DNA from: Candidatus Bathyarchaeia archaeon
GTDB taxonomy: Archaea > Thermoproteota > Bathyarchaeia > Bathyarchaeales > Bathycorpusculaceae
Direction: 5' to 3'
DNA: 64,000 nucleotides
Assembly (NCBI GenBank): GCA_050012255.1
Contig: JBEKHN010000002.1
Coordinates: 32,001-96,000, forward strand
The notes beneath the pieces were generated by a model that made no database searches, was not told the origin of the DNA, and was given only the letters and a program-made list of their open reading frames with translations. The position numbers and the translations under genes are program-made. Of the stretch, positions 39,445 through 49,602 are shown piece after piece (the stretch's first letter is position 1; each line of letters begins with the position of its first letter).

Positions 39445-39521
39445 CAAGAAATATTCTTGGGTTTTTGCACCTGCCTCCAGATTATTTGGTGCATCCAAAA
39501 AGGAGAGTTGTGCTCGGATGC

Positions 39522-40340
39522 TTAATGTGGCATGAATACTCCGGCGAACACGAGCCAGGCTAGGAGTGTTTTCGCTGCGAAACTGAGGATTATGTAGGCT
39601 CTTTCGCCGTACAGGTAGTCTTTCCAGCGTCCGATGCTCTTGTACTGTAGAACCATGTTGACTGCGAAGACCATGAAGAGAGCGAAGTAAGTGAAGAGTA
39701 TGAAGTACACGAATGTAGGCGGACCCGAGGTTGAGGAGTTGACGGCGGCTACGAAATAGGCGAAAATCACGACCCATGGGAGGCCGCCAGAGATGCAGCC
39801 TAGGCTGAATGCGGACCAGTTCGTCTTCTCGGTCTTCTGATTCACCAGCTCCATCAGGTATCCGAACATTATCATCATCGCGTTCAACACAAAAATCATT
39901 GAGAGGGACCAGAAATCCCAGATGCCGACAAAGGTTGCTATCAACGCTATCATTATGGAGCTTGAGAAGGCATACTCGTACCAGCGGTAAGGGTTCATAC
40001 CCTTCTTCAGATTCTCATCATAGCTTTTGTTCTTAGGATAAGCAATCGCAAAATGCGCTATCGCAGAAATCAGAGGAAAAGTCGCTAGTATGACTCCTAG
40101 ATTGTTGAACGTGAAGAGGATCTGAGGGTTAGGCATCCACAGTAAACCGCCGGCTTTTAGGTAGAACGTGTGCACCTTTATGGGCCAATTCAATAAGAAA
40201 CCCAAAGTCAACATTAGGATTCCTTGAATCAGATGCAGAACACCTGCAGCAGCATTGAACCTCTTCAGATAGGCAAAAGAAATAGGCGAACGAGCGATTA
40301 TCTCCTGTCTTTCTATATAGTTCATGAAACGACTTATCAT
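39522..40340 (-). CDS. Heliorhodopsin
   Basis: LHLIQ, SAIAH, NPYRWYEY..SSSIM, MFGYLME and YIILSFAAK with the retinal Lys. Start may be ATG 40325. Confidence 0.92.
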   Translation of the reverse strand: MISRFMNYIERQEIIARSPISFAYLKRFNAAAGVLHLIQGILMLTLGFLLNWPIKVHTFYLKAGGLLWMPNPQILFTFNNLGVILATFPLISAIAHFAIAYPKNKSYDENLKKGMNPYRWYEYAFSSSIMIALIATFVGIWDFWSLSMIFVLNAMMIMFGYLMELVNQKTEKTNWSAFSLGCISGGLPWVVIFAYFVAAVNSSTSGPPTFVYFILFTYFALFMVFAVNMVLQYKSIGRWKDYLYGERAYIILSFAAKTLLAWLVFAGVFMPH

Positions 40341-40402
40341 CAGAGAACGCTAATAGGCTTTTGCAGACTTTTGCCAAGAGAATGACGACTGGATAAGAAG
40401 AG

Positions 40403-40458
40403 GGGACTCGCGGGAGACATCGCCACTAGGTGCAGTTCTAAATCCAGTCTTCCCCGCC
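40403..40458 (+). repeat. Degenerate second copy of the 33285-33341 element
   Basis: GGGACTCGCGGGAGACATCGCCA..AGTTCTAAATCC..CCCGCC aligns with the first copy. Confidence 0.6.
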
Positions 40459-41388
40459 GGAGAAACGCCTCGCCCGTATGGTCTCTTGAGGCACATTGAA
40501 AGGGTCATGGTCTTTTCTACTTCCCCTCTGAATGTATAGCAAAAATGCAACGATTATTCCTAGCAGTATCATGAATGCTCTGAGACCTCCGCCGACACTT
40601 GTAGAAGTTGCCACGCCGACGAATGCTGTCGCATCATACGCTCCATGGATCAAAGCTGGGGCAAACAGATTACCACCTGAGAGATAATACGTTGCCGCCA
40701 TAGCCATCCCGAAAGTAACAAGATCGGCAAATTGAACCAACGAAGCTGGCCCATACACAACAGCATAGTAGAGATGTGTAGCACTGAAAAGGAGAGAAGA
40801 AACGAAGGCGAGGATCAACCAATGGCGATTCTTGAAAACGTCCAGTAATCCCCCGAACACAAAACCTCTGAAGATATACTCTTCAGCTGGCCCCGTCACC
40901 AGAAGGGAGACGCCCACCATGATCCAAGCAAAATCGCGAGAAACGTTCAGCACAGGATTCGGTTTATCCAGCAGTCTTGCGGTGGAAGGGTCAAGCGCAA
41001 CCAAGAAAACAAGAATCACCACAGCCAAAACTATTCCCAAGACCGTGAAAACCCCGAATAACCCTAAACCCAGCTTTAACCCGGAATAGGTGTTCTTGAA
41101 GAATCTCCTTATTATCGCTGTTCCCCAGAGCAAGGTAATAGCCAGTACCGGCACTCCGTAAACAAGTAGAGACCCAACAATCAGCCCGAGATGCACCCCC
41201 AAATATTGAAATAGATATTGAGAGTACACAGCCACGAACACTATGACTAACCCGAGAACGTAAAACTTCTTTCCCTTAGGCTCGCGTTTCGAGTTGCTGC
41301 CCATGCTTTCCGAAAGTCGGCTTTGGTCCTTTTCGTCTGATGTTTTCATGGAACCACTGGCGTTTTCTATTTTAGGCATTTCCAGCAA
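40438..41388 (-). CDS. CPBP/CAAX (Abi) intramembrane metalloprotease
   Basis: EEYIFRG, FSATH and HGAYD motifs. Confidence 0.88.
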   Translation of the reverse strand: MLEMPKIENASGSMKTSDEKDQSRLSESMGSNSKREPKGKKFYVLGLVIVFVAVYSQYLFQYLGVHLGLIVGSLLVYGVPVLAITLLWGTAIIRRFFKNTYSGLKLGLGLFGVFTVLGIVLAVVILVFLVALDPSTARLLDKPNPVLNVSRDFAWIMVGVSLLVTGPAEEYIFRGFVFGGLLDVFKNRHWLILAFVSSLLFSATHLYYAVVYGPASLVQFADLVTFGMAMAATYYLSGGNLFAPALIHGAYDATAFVGVATSTSVGGGLRAFMILLGIIVAFLLYIQRGSRKDHDPFNVPQETIRARRFSGGEDWI

Positions 41389-41422
41389 CCCGTGTGCGTG
41401 CTCAGATCGGTTTGGTCTTGTT

Positions 41423-42718
41423 TTATTCGTATCTTAGGGCTTCTACTGGTTTAAGCTTTGAAGCACGCCAAGCTGGGTAAAGTGCAAAGATTGCACTGAC
41501 CCCTACGCCGAAGACTAATGCCAGTATGGTTACTGTCGGAGTTAAAAGAGGGGTTATCGTCATTCCACCTGTGTTCGCAGCTCGGTTTCCCCCGAACACG
41601 CCGCCTCCGCGAAAGACTAATGCAACCACGTTTGCTAGGACCCAACCTGAGCCTATGCCAATCGCTGCGCCGATCAAACCAATTATCACCGATTCGCACA
41701 AGAAAATCAAGAGCACTGTTTGACCTTTCATCCCCAACGCTTTCAGTATGCCTATCTCTCTCGTGCGCTCCATCAAAGACACGATCATGATGTTCATTAT
41801 GCCTATCCCTGCGACCAGAAGCGAGATGGCGGCGATTCCACCTAAGAAGAGTTGTATCACGGAGAAAACATTCGAAAGAATGCTAAGCACTGCTGTTGCA
41901 GAGGTTACCGAGACTTCGTTGCTGAAAGCCGCCTTTATGGCCTGAGTAGCATTGTCAATCGATGCTTGATCATCGCTTGCCAATTTCACAATTATCGAAT
42001 TACATTCCTCAGTTCCAAAGAAGCTTTGAGCTTGAGAAATTGGAATGTAAACATCGGTGTCAGAAGGCCCGATGATGCCGAAGCCTCCGATCTCTTTGAG
42101 AACAGCCGTGACTTTCCCAGCATAAGTCTCATTTGTCGGTGGAATTTTCGTTGCGTTAGTCCAAATCATTTCAACTGTGTCATTTACACTGCAGAACAAG
42201 GTGTCATTGTTCCCGGGAGCACTTACGCGTTTTCCAACCACGATCATTTCGTTTTCTGGATTCGTTGGTATGGTTCCATTCTCGGGTACAAAAGTGCTGC
42301 TGTATATGCTTGCGTATTCAGCGAAGTCCACACCTACTATGGTAACATTCTGGACTGTTTGATTGAACTCAATGCGGCCTGTCCTTTGAATTATCGCCAT
42401 TGACGTTTCGACATTTGTTAGATTGTTGATCATCTGCGTATAGTTGACCAACAGTTTGAAGCCTGAATTCGCGCCCGTCCCGCCTTGGGCGCCGGCGCCG
42501 AAGCCTCCAAAGCCTCCTCCAGTTGAGACAATTAGCGTGTCGGTGGCGAATCCTGTTTTGAGCTGATCAGTTATGGCGGCCTGCAGACCCTGAGTGATTG
42601 AGAGCAAGGCAACGATGGCTGCAATGCCGATGACCACTCCTAAGGTGGTCAAACCAGCTCGAAGCTTTCTCAGTTTGATCGCGCTGAAAGAATAAGACAG
42701 GATATCCTGGGCTTTCAT
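41423..42718 (-). CDS. MacB/FtsX-like ABC permease
   Basis: LGVVIGI, GIGIMNIM..ERTREIG..KALG and PVEALRYE motifs. Confidence 0.9.
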   Translation of the reverse strand: MKAQDILSYSFSAIKLRKLRAGLTTLGVVIGIAAIVALLSITQGLQAAITDQLKTGFATDTLIVSTGGGFGGFGAGAQGGTGANSGFKLLVNYTQMINNLTNVETSMAIIQRTGRIEFNQTVQNVTIVGVDFAEYASIYSSTFVPENGTIPTNPENEMIVVGKRVSAPGNNDTLFCSVNDTVEMIWTNATKIPPTNETYAGKVTAVLKEIGGFGIIGPSDTDVYIPISQAQSFFGTEECNSIIVKLASDDQASIDNATQAIKAAFSNEVSVTSATAVLSILSNVFSVIQLFLGGIAAISLLVAGIGIMNIMIVSLMERTREIGILKALGMKGQTVLLIFLCESVIIGLIGAAIGIGSGWVLANVVALVFRGGGVFGGNRAANTGGMTITPLLTPTVTILALVFGVGVSAIFALYPAWRASKLKPVEALRYE

Positions 42719-42719
42719 G

Positions 42720-43430
42720 TCAATTCACGACCTCCTGAACTATCAAGCCATCGAACATCTGCACAATTCTCTTCGCTTGGCCCGCCAGACGTTGGTCGTG
42801 AGTGACCATTATTATGGTCACGGTTTTCTCTTCGTTGAGTCTCTTGATCAGACCGATTATTTCGCCGGCAGCTTTTGAGTCTATGTTCCCCGTGGGCTCG
42901 TCCATCAGAAGAAACTTGGGATTGTTCGACAAAGCCCTCGCAATGGCTACGCGTTGTTGTTCGCCGCCGCTCAGTTCGGTTGGCCTGTGATTCATTCTTT
43001 CTTTCAGTCCCACTGTTTCCAGGAGATTCTCTGCGTGCTTTCTTCTTTCTGCTTTGCCGAGACCTGCGATAGCCATTGACAACTCAACATTTTCTCTTGC
43101 TGTGAACCGTGGGATCAAGTTGAAAAACTGAAACACGAAGCCTATCCGACATCTAAGATCCGCTAATTGGCCGTCATTGAGCGTGGAAACGTCAACGCCC
43201 TCGATCCGCAATTTGCCTTCTGTTGGTTTGTCCAGGGCTCCGATCAGATTTAGCAGCGTTGACTTCCCGCTTCCGGAGGGGCCCAGAACGGCGAGGAAAT
43301 CGCCGCTCTCGACCTTCAGGTTCACGCCATCCAAGGCGTTGACTGGAATCTTTCCAAGCATGTAAGTTTTCTTCAGGTTGACTGCTTCAACTGTCGTCGT
43401 CGCAGGTGCCATCTTCGTTTTCTCGTCCAT
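42720..43430 (-). CDS. ABC ATPase (LolD/MacB type)
   Basis: GPSGSGKS, LSGGEQQR and DEPTGN motifs. Confidence 0.93.
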   Translation of the reverse strand: MDEKTKMAPATTTVEAVNLKKTYMLGKIPVNALDGVNLKVESGDFLAVLGPSGSGKSTLLNLIGALDKPTEGKLRIEGVDVSTLNDGQLADLRCRIGFVFQFFNLIPRFTARENVELSMAIAGLGKAERRKHAENLLETVGLKERMNHRPTELSGGEQQRVAIARALSNNPKFLLMDEPTGNIDSKAAGEIIGLIKRLNEEKTVTIIMVTHDQRLAGQAKRIVQMFDGLIVQEVVN

Positions 43431-43436
43431 CCTTGG

Positions 43437-44357
43437 CTACCTGCTAAGATATCTCCATGATAGAGCTATGCCTATCGTTGCGACTACGATTGCAAAGATT
43501 CCAACGTACAAGAAGTCCAATCCAACTTGCCCGAAGTCAGGTGTGCTGTATATCAAGAGCTGTCTTACCGCATCTGTAGTATACGTCATCGGGTTGACCG
43601 ATGCTACTGCTTGGAGCCAAGAAGGCATGATGCTCGTTGGGAAAAAGGCGTTGCTTGCAAACATCAGCGGCAGCGTTATCAGGTTCATAACGGCCATTGG
43701 AGTCTCTATTCTTGTTGACCTTATCGTAATCGCGATGAACATTGAAGACAAGCCTACGCATATTAGGAACAGGATCGCGAATAGGCCCAGTATGAACACT
43801 GGATTGAAGCTAGCCCCAAACTGGAGACCGAATGCAATAGCGATCAGTATTATTATGCCTGCCTGAAACATTGATCGCAGAGTTGCAGAAAGAACTTTGG
43901 AGAACACTATTACTGCTCTGGATACAGGCGTGCTCAGAGCCTTGTTAAGGAAGCCCAAGCGTCTGTCCCAAACCACTGACATGCCGCTGAATGCCGTTGT
44001 GAAGAGGGCTGTGAAAGCAATCATACCAACAGCCATAAAGGAAAAGTAATCACTCGTATGGAACGTATTCTGCATGATACTTGTCTGCAGACCTTGAAAG
44101 AACACACCTAATTGTTGAGATTGCGTTAGGGTCAGAGGTGGGATCAAAACTATTTTGCTCATTAATTGCTCCATTGAACCGCTTGAGAAAATAGCACCGA
44201 GGTTCATAGCTTTTCCGAGCAGACCCATCCAAATAATCGGCTGAATTATGGAAAGTGTGAATATTACGGGGGCTTTGTACCATTTCTTAAGCTCTCTGTT
44301 GGTCAAGGCCCAGAGACCGTGTAATTTGTTTTTTGAATTGTCGTTGGTTTCGCTCAT
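43437..44357 (-). CDS. ABC-2 type exporter permease
   Basis: DRRLGFL..TPVSR and NPMTY motifs. Confidence 0.88.
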   Translation of the reverse strand: MSETNDNSKNKLHGLWALTNRELKKWYKAPVIFTLSIIQPIIWMGLLGKAMNLGAIFSSGSMEQLMSKIVLIPPLTLTQSQQLGVFFQGLQTSIMQNTFHTSDYFSFMAVGMIAFTALFTTAFSGMSVVWDRRLGFLNKALSTPVSRAVIVFSKVLSATLRSMFQAGIIILIAIAFGLQFGASFNPVFILGLFAILFLICVGLSSMFIAITIRSTRIETPMAVMNLITLPLMFASNAFFPTSIMPSWLQAVASVNPMTYTTDAVRQLLIYSTPDFGQVGLDFLYVGIFAIVVATIGIALSWRYLSR

Positions 44358-45364
44358 TGCCTGGCCCTCCTCATCATCATCCTTTGGGCAGCAAAAGCCT
44401 CCCTGGATTCTTCTGCATCGCGCAGCGATTTCCCTGTGTATTCCAAGTAGACTTCGTTCAACGTAGGTTCTGTGAGCATGAGCTTCGCAACAGTATACCC
44501 TTTTCTTCGCAAGGCTTCAATAATAAACGGAGCCGTCACTTCTCCATTCTCAGCTTTGATTCGGTATGAGCCATTCTCCTTCTTAACTTCTTTCACATTC
44601 TCAACTTTGCTGATGAGCTCGCTCACTTCAGCGTCTTCTTTGATGCCTATGGTTATGATGTCGCCGCCCAAGCTGTGCTTTAGATCCTCAGGCGTGCCGA
44701 CCACGACTATTTTTCCATGATCAATTATTGCGACGCGGTCGCAGAGTGAATCAGCCTCTTCAAGATAGTGTGTTGTCATGAAGAGTGTCATGCCATATTC
44801 CTTTTTCAGTTTTCTGATGTAGTTCCAAGTTGCAGTCCTCGTTTGAACATCTAAGCCCAGAGTGGGCTCGTCTAGGAAGAGTATTTTTGGCCTGTTGACT
44901 AGTCCACATGCAAGTTCAAGTCTGCGGCGCATTCCACCGGAAAAGGTTTGAACCCTCTTATCCTTAAAATCGGTTAGCTCAACGAGCTTCAGCAGATCCA
45001 ACGCGCGCTCATTTGCGACTTTCCGTGGGATTCCGTACATATCAGCGCACAAGAGAATGTTCTCTAGGCCGGTCAGGTCTTCATCTGCCGTGTATTCTTG
45101 GGGCACGACGCCGATGACGTTTCTAACGTCATTGTTTTGCTTCTGAATATCGAAACCCAAGACAGTGGCTCTTCCTTCTGTGGGCTTCAAAATGGTTATC
45201 AACATGTTGATCGTTGTGGTTTTTCCAGCGCCGTTGGGTCCTAGGAAACCGTATATTTCTCCTCTTTTGATCTCGAAGTTCACGTGGTCAACGGCTACCA
45301 ACTGATGATTAAAGACCTTGGTCAGTCCTTCAGCCTTGATAATGTCTTCACTCATCCCTCTCAC
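44354..45364 (-). CDS. ABC exporter ATPase (DrrA-like)
   Basis: GPNGAGKT, FSGGMRRR, DEPT and TTHY motifs. Confidence 0.93.
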   Translation of the reverse strand: MRGMSEDIIKAEGLTKVFNHQLVAVDHVNFEIKRGEIYGFLGPNGAGKTTTINMLITILKPTEGRATVLGFDIQKQNNDVRNVIGVVPQEYTADEDLTGLENILLCADMYGIPRKVANERALDLLKLVELTDFKDKRVQTFSGGMRRRLELACGLVNRPKILFLDEPTLGLDVQTRTATWNYIRKLKKEYGMTLFMTTHYLEEADSLCDRVAIIDHGKIVVVGTPEDLKHSLGGDIITIGIKEDAEVSELISKVENVKEVKKENGSYRIKAENGEVTAPFIIEALRRKGYTVAKLMLTEPTLNEVYLEYTGKSLRDAEESREAFAAQRMMMRRARQ

Positions 45365-45941
45365 CCTTCAGTTTCTGATTTATCTCCTCAAGCTTTTCAG
45401 CCGTGTTATTTAAGAGTTTCAACGCTTCATCAAAAGCTTCATCGGACGCATGCTCACTTAAACTGCGTCCCAACTCGAAGAAAGCAGCAACAAGCTTGTG
45501 CATCGTCTTTCTTGCTTCAACCAGCTTTTCCTCAGGCAAACCCGAGAGAAACTCGCCTATGAAAGGGGGGCCGAAGAACCTTTCTCTCCTGAATCCCACG
45601 CGGTTCCTGGTATACTCTTTCATCTTTTTCCTCTGCTCTGCCATTATCTTCTTCTGCTCCGCAAGCAGAGCCCTGCCGCTTTCGGTCAGCTCGTACCTTT
45701 TCATCCCGCTCTGTTCAACGGGCAACTCCTTGACGTGGCCATTGTCCTGTAGCCAAGCTAAGAGCGGATAAATTGAGCCTGGGCTTGGCTTCCATCGACC
45801 GTTTGTCCTGCTTTCTATTTCATCTATTATTTCGGAACCAGACATGGGCTTCTCACCTAGAGATTCAAGAACCTGGTAGCGTATGAAGCCCTTCGGAACC
45901 ATTGCCGTGTGTTTCATCCAATGTTTGCGAAATTCGTGCAT
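45348..45941 (-). CDS. PadR-family regulator
   Basis: WKPSPGSIYPLL..YELT motif. Confidence 0.9.
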   Translation of the reverse strand: MHEFRKHWMKHTAMVPKGFIRYQVLESLGEKPMSGSEIIDEIESRTNGRWKPSPGSIYPLLAWLQDNGHVKELPVEQSGMKRYELTESGRALLAEQKKIMAEQRKKMKEYTRNRVGFRRERFFGPPFIGEFLSGLPEEKLVEARKTMHKLVAAFFELGRSLSEHASDEAFDEALKLLNNTAEKLEEINQKLKGERDE

Positions 45942-45967
45942 AGTATATCACCATTGAGGTCAACCGT

Positions 45968-45995
45968 GATATCATATGTGATATTTAAGCATATC
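45968..45995. promoter_or_regulatory. Putative PadR operator overlapping the TATA box
   Basis: GATATC-N6-GATATT and GATAT-TTAAGC-ATATC about 27-54 bp upstream of the PadR start. Confidence 0.45.
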
Positions 45996-46146
45996 GGGTC
46001 AAAACATGAAGTCCTCAATGCTTTGATCTTGCGCCACTCGTAATTGCACGAACCGGGAACCTGAACTAGGTGTACTCATCTGGTAATTCCTTGCATCAGG
46101 AAAGCGTAATAAGAAAGCGACAAGTTATTGGCTGTGGGGTCCTCGA

Positions 46147-46599
46147 ATGGCACATGAAGCTGTGTGTTTGGAAAGAAAGCTGTTCATTCCAGAAGCCAAG
46201 GTCGACGATGTGGCTTTGGCCTGCCGAAAAGCCTTCAAGGAAATGGGCTTAAAGGTCATGAAGGAAGAAAAAACCAAAGAGGCCAGCACAACCGTGCTGG
46301 CCGGGGAAGGCGCGCTGGTGCCGTTGACACTGAGAACCCTGCTGTATCCGTTCAGTCTGCAACAGTACATTAAAGCGGCGCAGAGATCAGGCGTGCACGT
46401 AGTGATCTCACCATCAGAAGAGGGGGTCATCGTATACTCGTGCGGGCTCGCACTCGACGAACTGACCGGAAAACCCGCTGAATACGCCTCTGACGAGGAT
46501 GTGGAAGAGATTACCGACACGATGGAAGCCCTTGACTTTGAAAACAAGTTCATAATGAAAATAAAGGCAACCTTTCCAAAAACAAAAGAGATAGAATAG
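46147..46599 (+). CDS. Hypothetical protein
   Basis: 150-aa ORF with coding-like composition and no recognised motif. Confidence 0.65.
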   Translation: MAHEAVCLERKLFIPEAKVDDVALACRKAFKEMGLKVMKEEKTKEASTTVLAGEGALVPLTLRTLLYPFSLQQYIKAAQRSGVHVVISPSEEGVIVYSCGLALDELTGKPAEYASDEDVEEITDTMEALDFENKFIMKIKATFPKTKEIE

Positions 46600-46667
46600 C
46601 CACGATTAGAATTGGGAAAAAACGCGCGATTGGGAGGTTGCTCGTCACACCGGCGCGACCACCATAA

Positions 46668-46934
46668 TTGTTATCAACACAAAGATGGGCTTATCCTAGC
46701 GGTGACGTTTTGAGCTCCAAACATAGAATGTTCAAGAAGAATTTTGAGACCGAGATGCGGGTTAACAACGTAAGATTGCCCCTGAACCATTTTGTGCAAG
46801 AAACCTTGGCCAACATAGTGATCGGTTTCTTGAAAACCCTCAGGGAAGTTGGGGAAGAAGCTCCGCTAAGCATGGAGATAAGAATCAAAAAGCTTCCGAA
46901 ACAGGTTGAAGTGGATGCCCACACTTACCCTTGA
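46668..46934 (+). CDS. Small protein resembling the C-terminal domain of archaeal MobB
   Basis: VNNVRLPLNHFVQETLANIVIGFLKTL pattern. Start uncertain. Confidence 0.55.
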   Translation: MLSTQRWAYPSGDVLSSKHRMFKKNFETEMRVNNVRLPLNHFVQETLANIVIGFLKTLREVGEEAPLSMEIRIKKLPKQVEVDAHTYP

Positions 46935-47184
46935 GATGGGCACGTTAAAGATGACCTGACCTCGCATCCACATTTTTCTGCTAGTCATTTCCCTTTTTCT
47001 TCAGATTTTATGGGCACTCGCCCTAAAATTCTAGTTTACTTCATTTGCAGTTGAATGTAAACTCAAGTAGTTACGCTTGTTTTTGGAGATTTGCCGAATT
47101 AGCGGCGGAGATGTCGGCTTTTTTCATTCTAGCCTTCGCTAGCAAACAAAATTCTTCAGCAGGCGCGATTCTTTATTTCCGCGG

Positions 47185-49602
47185 TTAACTCTCAGTTTTC
47201 TTCCTTTCTTCCGTGAAATACTGTGGAAATTCTCTGAGTTTTTCGGCCATTTCTCCAAGTCGTTTATCCACTCTGTAGTTAACGGTTCCTTTCTCGAAAG
47301 ATCCATCTTCTTGCCTTTGGCCGGCTTTGACCCCTGTTAGAATTTCTATTCCTTCATCGATGGTTTTAACGGGGTATACGTGGAATTTCTCCTGTTGAGC
47401 TGCTTGCACTACTTCCTCTTTCAGCATCAGGTTCTGCACGTTGCTCTCCGGTATCATCACTCCCTGTTTGCCGGTGAATCCTTTTGCCTTGCAGACTTCG
47501 AAGAAGCCTTCGATTTTTTCGTTCACTCCGCCGATGGCTTGAACCTCGCCCTTCTGGTTCACTGAGCCAGTGACGGCAACGTTTTGCTTTATAGGCAGGT
47601 CAGACAGGGCGGACAGGATAGCGTAGAGTTCGGTGCTTGAGGCGCTGTCACCCTCCACTCCTTCATAGTTCTGTTCAAAAACAAGACGGGCTGAGAGACT
47701 GAGAGGCTTGTCCTGCGCGTACTTCTCATTGAGGTAGCCGCTTAGAATAAGGACCCCTTTTGTGTGGATGGGTCCTCCCATCTTGGCCTCCCTTTCAATA
47801 TCGACCACGCCTTCTCGACCCAGACCCACGCTGGTCGTTACTCGCGAAGGACTGCCAAAGGCGAAGTCACCCAGCCCTATCACCGAAAGGCCGTTGACTT
47901 GACCCACATTCTCTGCGTCCGTATCGATGAGGAGGAACCCTCTCTTGATCATCTCTTCAATCTTTTCTTGAATGAGTTTTGAACGGTAGACCTTCTCTTC
48001 GATAGCTTTTTTCACGTGAGTTCCAGTAACAAAATCTGAGTTATCTTGCGTCGCGTAGAAGTTAGCTTCGCGAATGATGTCAGCAACCTCAGCAAACCTG
48101 GTGGAGAGTTTTTGCTGGTCTTCAGCCAGTCTTGAGCTATGTTCGACCAATTTGGCCAGGCCTGAGCCGTCAAGGTGTTTCAGATTCTCCTTCTTACACA
48201 ACGTGCAAACAAAAACTGCGTATTGCTGTATGCTCTCTTCTGTCCGATCCATGGTTGTGTCAAAATCTGCCTTAACCTTGAAGAGTTGATTAAACTCCAT
48301 GTCCAAGATGAACAATTCCTGATAGAGGTAGGGGTCTCCAATTAGAATCACCTTGACGCCCAGAGGAATCGGCTCAGGTTTCAAGCTCTTCGTCGTAATG
48401 AAACCCAAACGTTCTTCTGCCTCTTCAATGACGATTTGCTCATTCTTGAGGGCCCTTTTCAAGCTATCATATGAGAAAGGATTACGCAGCAACTCTTCAA
48501 CTGGAAGAATCAGATAGCCGCCATTGGCCTTGTGTAAGGAACCCCCACGGATCATGGTGAAGTCCGTCACAAGCGCTCCAAACTGAGCCTCCTTTTCCAC
48601 TCGACCAAAAAGGTTCTGATAAGTGGGGTTAGATTCCATTACCACAGGAGCTCCCTTAACATCCGAGTTATCAACGATGATCTTTGCCTCGTACTTCCTG
48701 AAGGGAGTCTCTCTCATCCAAGGAACTGGGAAAGGAGTCTGTGGTTGCTCTTCCGACCCTTTTATGAACCGGGATAGGTTGTCGAGGATGTCATTCTGCA
48801 CGTCGTCTACGTGAGCGACGACATCAGGGAAATCCTTGTATTCTTCTTTCAAGTCAGTCACTATGTGCCCGATGGCGAAAAGGGCAACCTCACGATTCAG
48901 TTTTTTGAGCTCTGCGTCGGCTTTCCCCTCTAATTCTCTGAGTTGTCTCATAGTGTTCAGGAATTGCTCGCTCAGCTGTTCTCTCTTCTTCTCGATTCCT
49001 TCTCGAGTTTTCTGGTCTAATTTCATGAATTCTTCGTCGTTCACAGGTTTTCCTTTGATTACTGGAATCATGAGCCAACCCACAGGTGACGCTTGCAGAA
49101 TGAAGCCTTCCTCTTGGGCCCGTTTCGTAAGTTGCCCGATGAGTTTCTGCCTTTCCTCTTCAACAGTCTTAACAGTGTTCGCTCTTCTTACGCCGTAATC
49201 CTCGCTTTCAAAGGATTTTGGCAGAATTCTCAATGCTTCGTTGATGAAGGTGGCCATGTCGTCTCGAAAGTGTTTGCCTTTGCCAGCAGGCAGCTTTATG
49301 GCTTTAGGCTCGTACGGGTTGCGAAAGTTGTACACGTAACACCAGTCTGAGGGCACCGGCTTGGTTTGAGCCGTTTCTTCCAAGAAGTTTCTAACGGCCG
49401 TTGTCCTCCCTGTTCCGGGGAAGCCTGCAACATAGATGTTAAATCCGCGTTCCCTGATGCCTAACCCGAACTTGAGCGCTCTGACAGCCCTTTCTTGGCC
49501 AATAATCTCTTGAAGGGGGACTAGCTCCTGCGTGGTCTCACAGTGCATAAGATTAGGGTCGCATTCTCTTCTCAGCCTTTCTGCAGGCAGCTCGTTTACC
49601 AT
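47185..49602 (-). CDS. Lon-like protease (LonC/AAA_32 type)
   Basis: IGQERA, GTGRT, LHKANGG, GQVNGL, EGDSASS and GGVNEKIEGF (Ser-Lys dyad). ATG 49602 follows GAGGAGG. Confidence 0.9.
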   Translation of the reverse strand: MVNELPAERLRRECDPNLMHCETTQELVPLQEIIGQERAVRALKFGLGIRERGFNIYVAGFPGTGRTTAVRNFLEETAQTKPVPSDWCYVYNFRNPYEPKAIKLPAGKGKHFRDDMATFINEALRILPKSFESEDYGVRRANTVKTVEEERQKLIGQLTKRAQEEGFILQASPVGWLMIPVIKGKPVNDEEFMKLDQKTREGIEKKREQLSEQFLNTMRQLRELEGKADAELKKLNREVALFAIGHIVTDLKEEYKDFPDVVAHVDDVQNDILDNLSRFIKGSEEQPQTPFPVPWMRETPFRKYEAKIIVDNSDVKGAPVVMESNPTYQNLFGRVEKEAQFGALVTDFTMIRGGSLHKANGGYLILPVEELLRNPFSYDSLKRALKNEQIVIEEAEERLGFITTKSLKPEPIPLGVKVILIGDPYLYQELFILDMEFNQLFKVKADFDTTMDRTEESIQQYAVFVCTLCKKENLKHLDGSGLAKLVEHSSRLAEDQQKLSTRFAEVADIIREANFYATQDNSDFVTGTHVKKAIEEKVYRSKLIQEKIEEMIKRGFLLIDTDAENVGQVNGLSVIGLGDFAFGSPSRVTTSVGLGREGVVDIEREAKMGGPIHTKGVLILSGYLNEKYAQDKPLSLSARLVFEQNYEGVEGDSASSTELYAILSALSDLPIKQNVAVTGSVNQKGEVQAIGGVNEKIEGFFEVCKAKGFTGKQGVMIPESNVQNLMLKEEVVQAAQQEKFHVYPVKTIDEGIEILTGVKAGQRQEDGSFEKGTVNYRVDKRLGEMAEKLREFPQYFTEERKKTES

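Noticed and set aside
46054-46105. TPP-riboswitch-like GAACCTGAACTAGGT..AGGAAAG
   Set aside because: No upstream CTGAGA motif, P5 does not pair, and no thiamine gene follows.
46645-46665. CCGGCGCGACCACCA as another tRNA 3' relic
   Set aside because: No T-loop sequence, and the match is too short.
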